Source: Planctomycetota bacterium
Lineage (GTDB): Bacteria; Planctomycetota; JAJSAM01; JAJVHW01
DNA: 64,000 nucleotides
Direction of reading: 5' to 3'
Assembly (NCBI GenBank): GCA_965248445.1
Contig: CBDFJG010000003.1
Location: forward strand, 320,001-384,000
In this document: piece after piece, positions 56,877 to 64,000 of the stretch
Layout of the letters: the number at the start of each line of letters is the position of its first letter
Position numbering within the stretch: position 1 is the first letter of the stretch
Made by a program: the position numbers and the translations under genes
Notes under the pieces: generated by a model
Databases searched by the model: none
The model's input: the letters and a program-made list of their open reading frames with translations, nothing else
Told to the model about the DNA's origin: nothing

Positions 56877-57319
56877 TTCAGCACGCATCAAGACCCCGGG
56901 CTCCGTGGGAGCAAGGGGACCCGGCCACCCCGATCGCGGGGGGCCACCGGCGAGGGCGTCGAGGAGACCCGGGGACGCGGACGCAAGTCCGGCACTGACC
57001 GCACGTTGGAGACCACTGACGGGGGATCGCGGAGGCTCCCGTTGAGGCGAAATTGGTCTATCAGGCGCTCGCTCGCCCGATCTATACTCCGGCCCTTAGT
57101 AGGAAGCTCACTCCTGGGGCGGGAATCGGCCGGGGGGGTCCGCGTGCGGACCCACCCGGCAATTCGGCTTGGCGGTCTGCGTGGAGCGGTGCGACGGGGC
57201 GTGGGATCCGTCGTAACGATCTCCTCCGCGCAGTGCGCCACGCGTACCGATGCCCTCCGTCACGGGAGACGTCGCCGTGGGTCCATTGCGGTCTCACGTC
57301 GGCGGCGGGAGGACGACGC

Positions 57320-59737
57320 ATGCCGAAGCTGACGTACACCTATGAGGGTGAAGAGCACACCGTCGAGGTGACCGATTCGTGCTCGATCGGTCGAGCCGAG
57401 ACCAACACGGTCCCCCTGGCCAAGGAGCCTGGAGCCTCCCGCCGGCACGCGCAGATCATGAAACTCTCGAAGAGCTTCGAGATGACCGATCTCGGCAGTA
57501 CCAACGGCACCAAAGTGAATGGCAAGACCGTCAAGCGGCACCGACTCGAGCACGGCGACCGCATCTCCATCGGCGAGACACACCTCGTCTGGACGGAGCG
57601 CGAGGACCGCGGAGTCGAACTCGAGGAGGAGATCTCCCTCGACGGCGGCGCCGCGCCCGCCACCAAGACGGCCAACAAGACCGGAGCCGATTGCTACCTC
57701 GTGTTCGCGGGTGGCGATCGCGACGGCGAGCGGATCGCACTGGACAAGTCGCGGGTCACGTTCGGCCGCAAGGCTTCGAACACCATGGTGTTCGAGAGTT
57801 CTTCTGTGTCGGGGTACCACTGCGAGATCTCGCGCGAAGGCGGGGCCTACATCCTGCGCGATCTCGGCAGCACCAACGGAACCCTGCTCGACGGGGAGCC
57901 GGTGACGGAGGTTGCACTCCAGCACGGCGGTCGCATCCGTGTCGGCGATCGCCGGCTCGTGTTCGTCGATCCGTCGGTCAGCGACTTCGAGAAGGCCATG
58001 GCGGCCGTGGACGATCTCGGCTCGGAGTGGGGCATGCTCCGCGCCGAGATGGACATGTCGCGCGTCCAGAAGGCGCGCCGCAGCCAGCTCGTCGGCGTGC
58101 TCGGGCTGTTCGCGATTCTCGCGGCAGTCGGTTACGTGCTGCTGACGAAGCCGGAGTTGTTCTCGACGCCGGCGGTCGAGCTCGAGAACCGCGACGGCAA
58201 CATGATCGACGACCACTCCTTTGAGGATCTAGCGGACGGCTGGGCGGCGGTCAGCGGTTCCCCGGCGCGTGGGGCGTTCGAGAGCGACGGCGCCAAGCAG
58301 GGCTCGGCGGCGTACTCGGTGGCACGTGCCGGCTCGGGCGCGCCGCTGGCGGTCGTCGAGTTCGCCGGACGCACGTACTCGGCTCGCCCGGGCCAGGCGT
58401 ACGAGTTCGGCGCTGCGGCCAAGGCGAGCGGCGGCGGTCGCGCCGCGGTGCGCATCCAGTGGCTGGGTGCCGGCGAAGGCGTCGCGGCCCGCTATGCGTC
58501 CACCACGCTGGTCGAGGGCTCGTCCTGGACGGACGTGTCCGCGATCGCGGTGGCGCCGAAGAACACGACCGGCGTGCGCGTGCAGCTCGTGAACGCCGGC
58601 GAAGGCAAGGCGGAGTTCGACGACATCTTCCTCGTCACCGGCTCGGGGCGCGCAGCGACCGCGACGGACGGTGCCATCACGATCTCCGCCGGTCCGTCCG
58701 GTCGCATCAGCATCAGCCGCGGGTCGGACGTGCTTCTCGACGACGTAGCCGTAGTGGGCGGCCTCTTCGCGACCGCTGCCGACACCGGCGAGCGCGCGGA
58801 GCGGGGTGGCGGCAGTGCTGCTGCGGCCTCCGTGTCGTCCGATGGCGGCGTGGTCGTCAAGGGCAAGGTCATCGATCCCGCGACCGGCGAGGGCGGCGCA
58901 TACTCAGTCACCGTGTCGGCCGAGGGCGGCCGCTACGTGAACATCATCGCCGAACTGCCCGGCGGCGCCGGGCTCGAAGGCATCGTGGCCGCCGGGTTCA
59001 TGGACGAGGGCATCGGCTTCTACACCTCGTCCGGCACGTTCCGCGAGCGCGCCTCCCGCACGGCCAGCGGCGTGCAGAGTGCGACCATCGGCGGATTGAA
59101 CCTCTACGAGGTGTCCAGCGTGACGCCATGCCGCGTCGCGATGACGACCGACTCCGGCACTGCCGTCGCGTTCGGGCCCGCAGAGGGCACGGCGCTTACG
59201 CTGCGCATCGACACCTCCTCCACCGAGATCGTGAAGGCGCGCGATCAGAAGTATCAGGACGCACGCACCGCGGAGCAGACAGGCCGGTACGGCGACGCCA
59301 AGAAGCTGTACGAGGAGTTCGCTTCGAGTCTGCCCGAGGGCGACTCCAAGCGCGTGGAGGCCGAGAAGAAGGCGGCCCAGTTCGCTGCCGACCTCAAGCA
59401 ACAGCTCGACTCGCTGCGCCGCGCGCTCGTGGGCGCGAAGAAGTTCTCGGAGGTTCCCAGCCTCGTCTCCGTGCAGCGCGTGGCCGAGAAGCTCCAGGAC
59501 GAATACGGCGACAAGGGCGCTGAGGGGATCGCGAAGGAAGCGCATGACGCGCTGAAGTCGCTCGGTGCCGCCGACGCGTCGTCGAAGGCGACGCCCCTCC
59601 TGGCGCGCGCTGCGGACTTTGCCAAGTCGAAGATGAACACGCTCGCGCGGCTCTCGTACCAGGACATCGTGAAGCGTTTCGAAGGCACCGAGGCGGCCAA
59701 GACCGCCCAAGAGGCGCTGCGCGCGCTCGGAGAGTAG
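57320..59737 (+). CDS. tandem-FHA single-pass membrane protein with a carbohydrate-binding-like domain and helical C-terminus
   Basis: Two FHA domains (IGR...SRRH...DLGSTNGT; FGR...SGYH...DLGSTNGT), TM LVGVLGLFAILAAVGYVLL, CBM-like NMIDDHSFE...W...FDDI and a TPR-like end. SD GGGAGG. Confidence 0.85.
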   Translation: MPKLTYTYEGEEHTVEVTDSCSIGRAETNTVPLAKEPGASRRHAQIMKLSKSFEMTDLGSTNGTKVNGKTVKRHRLEHGDRISIGETHLVWTEREDRGVELEEEISLDGGAAPATKTANKTGADCYLVFAGGDRDGERIALDKSRVTFGRKASNTMVFESSSVSGYHCEISREGGAYILRDLGSTNGTLLDGEPVTEVALQHGGRIRVGDRRLVFVDPSVSDFEKAMAAVDDLGSEWGMLRAEMDMSRVQKARRSQLVGVLGLFAILAAVGYVLLTKPELFSTPAVELENRDGNMIDDHSFEDLADGWAAVSGSPARGAFESDGAKQGSAAYSVARAGSGAPLAVVEFAGRTYSARPGQAYEFGAAAKASGGGRAAVRIQWLGAGEGVAARYASTTLVEGSSWTDVSAIAVAPKNTTGVRVQLVNAGEGKAEFDDIFLVTGSGRAATATDGAITISAGPSGRISISRGSDVLLDDVAVVGGLFATAADTGERAERGGGSAAAASVSSDGGVVVKGKVIDPATGEGGAYSVTVSAEGGRYVNIIAELPGGAGLEGIVAAGFMDEGIGFYTSSGTFRERASRTASGVQSATIGGLNLYEVSSVTPCRVAMTTDSGTAVAFGPAEGTALTLRIDTSSTEIVKARDQKYQDARTAEQTGRYGDAKKLYEEFASSLPEGDSKRVEAEKKAAQFAADLKQQLDSLRRALVGAKKFSEVPSLVSVQRVAEKLQDEYGDKGAEGIAKEAHDALKSLGAADASSKATPLLARAADFAKSKMNTLARLSYQDIVKRFEGTEAAKTAQEALRALGE

Positions 59738-59745
59738 GAGGAGCG

Positions 59746-61458
59746 ATGGCCTCGGTCGGAACCGGCGTCACGATCGGATCGCGAACGATCCGTGTCGTGC
59801 AGGTGCGCCAGCAGAAGGACGGCTCCTGGCTCGTGGAGTCGGCACTCAGCGCGCCGATGAAGGGACACGACGTGCCCGACGCCCGCCGCGTGGCGGAAGC
59901 GCGGGCCGCGCTCGCGACGTCGGGCGTGAAGGGACGCGCGCTGGTCGGGCTCTCCGGCCGCGACCTGATCGTCCGCTACACCCAGGTGCCTCCGGTTCCC
60001 GACTGGCGCCTCGAGATGCTGATGAACTTCGAGATCCAGGAGGTCTCGGAGCAGTCCGGCGGCGACCTCTCGGCGGACTACGCGCTCCTCGAAGTGGACG
60101 ACACGACGAGCGGCGACAACGTCGTGCTCGTCGCGCTGGCGAAGAACGGCTTCCTGAACCCGCGGCTCGAGGCGCTCAAGGCCGCGGGCCTCGACGTCAT
60201 CGGCGGCTGCCCGCGAGCCGTCGCGGCATTCTGGAGCTACAAGGAGAACGGCCGCCTGCGGCACGACGAGACCGTCGTGATCATGCACATCGGTCACGAA
60301 AACACCGACGTGGCGATCGCGCGGTCGGGTGTCCTCCTGTTCGCGCGCAACGTCGCAGGCGGCGGCAAGATGTTCACCGACTCGCTCGTCGAGAACATGC
60401 GCGTCAACGCCGCGACGGCCGAGAAGCTGAAGATCACCAAGGGCAACCTGACGCCGCGCGGTCGCGCACGCTATCGCGACTCGGGCGAGGAGAAGGTCGC
60501 CAACAACCTGATGGGCGTCGGCGGACACTTCGTCTCCGCGTTCAACTCGTCGGTGATGTTCGCGAAGGCCCAGACCAAGGTGCCGGACTGCAACCCGGAC
60601 CGTCTCGTGCTCATGGGCGGCGGCGCGCTCTTGCGCGGCCTGCCCGAGTACCTCGAGAGCAACCTCGGCGTCCCGGTCGAACTGTTCGACCCGATGGAGG
60701 ACGTCGATCTCGGCGGCCTCACCGCCGAGCAGCAGAACGCGCTGCGCCAGGAACAGGGTGCGATGGCCGTCACGCTGGGTCTCGCTCAGATGGCGGCCGA
60801 CGAGAACGCCATCCACGTCGAGGTCCTGCCCGAAGCGGACAAGAAGGCGCGGCACTTCAAGCAGCACACACTGTGGATGATCCTCGCGGCGGCCCTGCTC
60901 GTCGCCGCGGTCGTCGCTGCATTCGTGCTCGCCGGGCAGGCGCAGTCGCGGGCCGACGCCGAGAAGGAGATCCTCGACAAGCGCAAGACGGACTACAGCA
61001 CGAACTACGCTGAGTACGTCGCGGCGCGCGACAACGTCGCGCGCATCAACAACGAGAAGTACCGGCTGCGGCGGCAGACCGCGCTCGGCCCCGCCTTGCA
61101 GCGTGTGACCGACGCGATCCAGTCGGTCATCAAGGGCGGCAAGTTCGACGAGATCCACGTCGCGGACCTCGCGGGCGCGATGAAGGAAGTCGTGCGCGAT
61201 GGCGAGCGGGACGTGTTCCCCGAGTTCGAGTGCGAGGCGATCGTCGAGTCGACAGGCGGTCGCCCGACGCAGCAGGCGATCACCGAATTCAGCCAATTGC
61301 TGCAGATGAAACTCAAGAGCATGGGTGGCCTCACCTACGACGAGGTGGGGCGTCCGAAGGATCTCGATGGCCAGCGCTGGAAGATGACGTTCCGCGTGCG
61401 CCAGGAGACGTTCCCCGAGAAGGTCGCTGACGAACCAGCGGCCGGCAACGGAGAGTAA
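59746..61458 (+). CDS. pilM: PilM-like actin-fold protein fused to a PilN-like TM/periplasmic part
   Basis: GVTIGSRTIRVV, VRY..VPP, FE, HIG...T, F.RN..GG..FT and GGGA.L.GL..YL...LGVPV...DP, then an INLLP-like IHVEVLP, a TM and a coiled coil. Confidence 0.8.
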   Translation: MASVGTGVTIGSRTIRVVQVRQQKDGSWLVESALSAPMKGHDVPDARRVAEARAALATSGVKGRALVGLSGRDLIVRYTQVPPVPDWRLEMLMNFEIQEVSEQSGGDLSADYALLEVDDTTSGDNVVLVALAKNGFLNPRLEALKAAGLDVIGGCPRAVAAFWSYKENGRLRHDETVVIMHIGHENTDVAIARSGVLLFARNVAGGGKMFTDSLVENMRVNAATAEKLKITKGNLTPRGRARYRDSGEEKVANNLMGVGGHFVSAFNSSVMFAKAQTKVPDCNPDRLVLMGGGALLRGLPEYLESNLGVPVELFDPMEDVDLGGLTAEQQNALRQEQGAMAVTLGLAQMAADENAIHVEVLPEADKKARHFKQHTLWMILAAALLVAAVVAAFVLAGQAQSRADAEKEILDKRKTDYSTNYAEYVAARDNVARINNEKYRLRRQTALGPALQRVTDAIQSVIKGGKFDEIHVADLAGAMKEVVRDGERDVFPEFECEAIVESTGGRPTQQAITEFSQLLQMKLKSMGGLTYDEVGRPKDLDGQRWKMTFRVRQETFPEKVADEPAAGNGE

Positions 61459-61464
61459 GCCCCG

Positions 61465-62334
61465 ATGGACGAGATCTGGCAACGCCACAAGGCCTTCATC
61501 CTCCAATGCGTGATCGGGGGCATCGTGTTCCTGATCGCGTGGGGCGTGAAGGCGAACATGTACGACCGCGTCGAGGACGCGCAAGCGACCAACGAGCGCG
61601 CCAAGACGTTGCTCAAGGAGCAACTCAGCGCCGGCAAGGCGCCGTCGCGCAAGTCGATCGCCGAACAGGAGCGCTTGGCCAAGGTCGGGCAGGCGAACTT
61701 CCGCAAGCTCGCAGCGTCCGTCGCGTCGGTTGCCGAACCCGCCGACGGCAAGATCGCGTATGTCCGCGAGAACATCGGCTGGGTGCTCTCGAACATCGGC
61801 AAGCAGTCGGAGCTCGACAGCTTCGTCAACCAATACCGCACGCTGCCGCAAGGCTGCCTCTTCCGGCTGAAGGAGGAGGCACGCGGCGTCCTCGTGGGCC
61901 GGGCCGCGCAGCTCGGGAAGACCGTGGACCGTTCGCTCGGACTGGCGACGGCGTTCACCGACGACGAGGTGCCGGTCGCGCTGCACGGGCTGGCACTCGC
62001 GACGGAGATTGTGACGCGCGCACTCAACTCGAGCGAAGCAGAGGGCATCGACGGGATCCTCGACATGCGCATTGCGCCTCGTCAGCGGCGCAAGGTGAGC
62101 GAGGGCGACGACGCCTCGCGCGTGAACAGCTTCCCGGTGGCCTTCCGCCTGCTCGGCCATCCCGAGGACGTGCACGCGATCCTTCGCTCGTTCAACCGTC
62201 CCGGCGGTTCCGCCATCAAGCGATTGATCGTGCTGGATGCCATCGAGGGAATCTCCCGTCCGCGGGAGGAAGAAGTCACGATCGACGCCCAGATCCGGAT
62301 CCTCGGCCTGCACCACCTGGGCGTGGCGGAATGA
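61465..62334 (+). CDS. PilO/GspM-like single-TM protein
   Basis: N-terminal TM, coiled coil and a C-terminal alpha/beta region (FPVAFRLLG...AILRSF...LIVL); lies directly after pilM-N. Confidence 0.55.
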   Translation: MDEIWQRHKAFILQCVIGGIVFLIAWGVKANMYDRVEDAQATNERAKTLLKEQLSAGKAPSRKSIAEQERLAKVGQANFRKLAASVASVAEPADGKIAYVRENIGWVLSNIGKQSELDSFVNQYRTLPQGCLFRLKEEARGVLVGRAAQLGKTVDRSLGLATAFTDDEVPVALHGLALATEIVTRALNSSEAEGIDGILDMRIAPRQRRKVSEGDDASRVNSFPVAFRLLGHPEDVHAILRSFNRPGGSAIKRLIVLDAIEGISRPREEEVTIDAQIRILGLHHLGVAE

Positions 62335-62368
62335 TGGCTCGGCGTAGCGGAGTGAGGGAGCCCGTCAG

Positions 62369-64000
62369 ATGAAGAAGGAACAACTGCTCTTGGTCGCCTG
62401 CGCCGTGATTGCGGCGCTGTTCTTCTGGATGAACCTCGGCCTCTACGAAGACGTCAACGCGAGCGAGCTCGCCACCGGCACCGACGTGCCGACGGCTCCG
62501 CCGGTCGAGTACGACCTCTCGGCGGGGCTCGAGGCGCCTCCCGGCGGACGCAGCCTCTTCCAGCCGCAGATCCGCGAAGTGCGCGGCGAACTGCCCGAGC
62601 TCGCGCCGCCGGCGGCTCTGGACCCGACGTGGATCCGCCCGCTGATGGACCCGCCCGCTCCGGCGGCCGCGTGGTCCGAGCTGCGGACGCCGCTCACCAT
62701 CGCGCGGCCCGCCGACACCGGCGACGAGACCGGCAATGAGGACGGCGAGGACGGGGCCGACGGCGAGGATGTCGACTTCGACGAGAACCCGTTCGAGACG
62801 GGTCCGGAGCGCGACATGACGAAGGTCGCGCGCCTCGTCCGCAAGGACGGCAGCGGCGAGATCGCCGTGCTCGTCGAACCGCGCGGCGCACTCAAGGACC
62901 AGCCGGAGTGGCGCATTCTCGAGCTGTGGCCGAACGCCGAGTTCATGGTCACCGAGCTGAACGAGGGCGGCACGCGCCGCGGGACGTGGGTCGGCGATGC
63001 GAGCAGCCTCGCGCGCTACTCGCGATTCGTGCCCACTCGCAACTGCGAGAACGAGTACCACGAGGAGCGCATCCGGCGCGCCGTGCGTGACACGGATCGC
63101 GGCGGACTCATGGAACTCGCGCAGTGGTGTCTCGACACGTTGTCGAAGACGTACGGCACCGAGGCGGTCAAGAAGGCCGTCACGACGCTCGAACAGGCGT
63201 ACGCCGTCAAGGCGGACGCTGCGATCGCCCGCCAGCTCGCCAGCGCGTACAGCGCCGCGTACGACCCCGAGGGCGAGGTGCGCACTCTGCTGCGCTACCT
63301 TGACAAAGAGTCGCGAGACGTGGCGGTCATGCGTGACGCGGCCGACGCTCTCGACCGCGTCGGAATGGGCGGCACGGCGCGCGGACTGTGGGAAGAGGCC
63401 GCCAAGGGCGGCGATCTCGGCGCGTATCTCGGCCTCGGATGGAACAAGCTCGCAAACGGCGAGCTGGATGCCGCTCTCACGGAGTTCAAGCGCGTGCAAT
63501 CCGGCAGCGACCGCGCGCAACTTGCCAGTGCGTTCGCGGGCACGTGCGACGCACAGATCCGGCTGGGCGATTTCAAGGCCGCGGTGGCGGCAGCCAAGAG
63601 CGCGGCTCAGTACACCTCGACGGATCAGGACGTGCTGGCCCGTGCAGGCGCTGCGTACTACTACGCCGGCGACTTCACGACGGCCGAGTCGGTCCTGCGC
63701 AAGGCGGCAGCCGTTGCACCGAACCACGAATCGCGGGCCCGCTCGAACCTCGGCTTCGTGCTGCTGGCCAAGGGAGACCTGGCCGGTGCGCGCGCCGCGT
63801 TCGAGCAGTGCCTGGCAGACGACCCGCTCAACTTCGTCGATCCGCATGTCGGTCTCGGTTGCGTCAATCAGCGCGAAGGCGACCCCGCCGCTGCGAACGA
63901 CTCGTTCGCTGCGGCCCTCAGGGCGGATACGGAGAACGCCTGGATCCGCATGCGCACCGCGACGATGAAGCAGCAGGACGGCGTCCCCAAGGACGCGCTC
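62369..64000 (+). CDS. membrane-anchored TPR protein (3' end truncated by the window edge)
   Basis: Read manually; absent from the ORF track because no stop falls in the window. MKKEQLLLVACAVIAALFFWMNLG, a Pro/acidic linker, then TPR repeats (e.g. ARSNLGFVLLAKGDLAGARAAFEQCLADDP). Confidence 0.8.
   Translation, partial: MKKEQLLLVACAVIAALFFWMNLGLYEDVNASELATGTDVPTAPPVEYDLSAGLEAPPGGRSLFQPQIREVRGELPELAPPAALDPTWIRPLMDPPAPAAAWSELRTPLTIARPADTGDETGNEDGEDGADGEDVDFDENPFETGPERDMTKVARLVRKDGSGEIAVLVEPRGALKDQPEWRILELWPNAEFMVTELNEGGTRRGTWVGDASSLARYSRFVPTRNCENEYHEERIRRAVRDTDRGGLMELAQWCLDTLSKTYGTEAVKKAVTTLEQAYAVKADAAIARQLASAYSAAYDPEGEVRTLLRYLDKESRDVAVMRDAADALDRVGMGGTARGLWEEAAKGGDLGAYLGLGWNKLANGELDAALTEFKRVQSGSDRAQLASAFAGTCDAQIRLGDFKAAVAAAKSAAQYTSTDQDVLARAGAAYYYAGDFTTAESVLRKAAAVAPNHESRARSNLGFVLLAKGDLAGARAAFEQCLADDPLNFVDPHVGLGCVNQREGDPAAANDSFAAALRADTENAWIRMRTATMKQQDGVPKDAL

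Noticed and set aside
57053..57068. GG-N10-GC spacing as a sigma54 promoter for the FHA operon
   Set aside because: Only the dinucleotides match, which is common by chance in GC-rich DNA; a sigma70-like -10 box lies nearby.

Overview
GC-rich (~70% by eye) bacterial chromosomal window, most likely from Planctomycetota. This is inferred from a TPR + tandem RNAP alpha-CTD protein, a PurS-PurL fusion with separate purQ, an 'LKDG..IEG'-type secreted protein, a PilM-PilN fusion, a TMTC-like GT-C/TPR protein and MoxR/DUF58/BatA genes. The first 6 kb is an accessory patch around tRNA-Leu(CAA) with three IS elements (IS5/IS903-like, IS1380, IS1595) and small hydrophobic ORFs. The middle is mostly housekeeping: ispA, nadK, asnS, ruvA, murA, ffh, rpsP, maf, rpmE, prfA, prmC, purLQ, accA, tig-clpP-clpX and tRNA-Leu(TAG). 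It is interspersed with two large secreted Ig-like proteins, a TA-targeting MITE and a two-copy palindromic repeat. The right end holds a candidate protein-glycosylation operon (GT2, AsnB-type amidotransferase, TMTC-like GT-C/TPR, sigma54 activator), followed by a double-FHA / PilM-N / PilO-like / TPR envelope cluster that runs off the window. The most notable unexplained signals are (i) a five-copy intergenic dyad motif TGG-Y-arm-CTGACN-arm with compensatory changes, (ii) the TMTC-like glycosylation operon, (iii) the FHA-linked PilMNO-like machine and (iv) a chain of ATGA-coupled, UGA-terminated micro-ORFs leading into prfA. All product calls come from motif recognition by eye; no database search was run.
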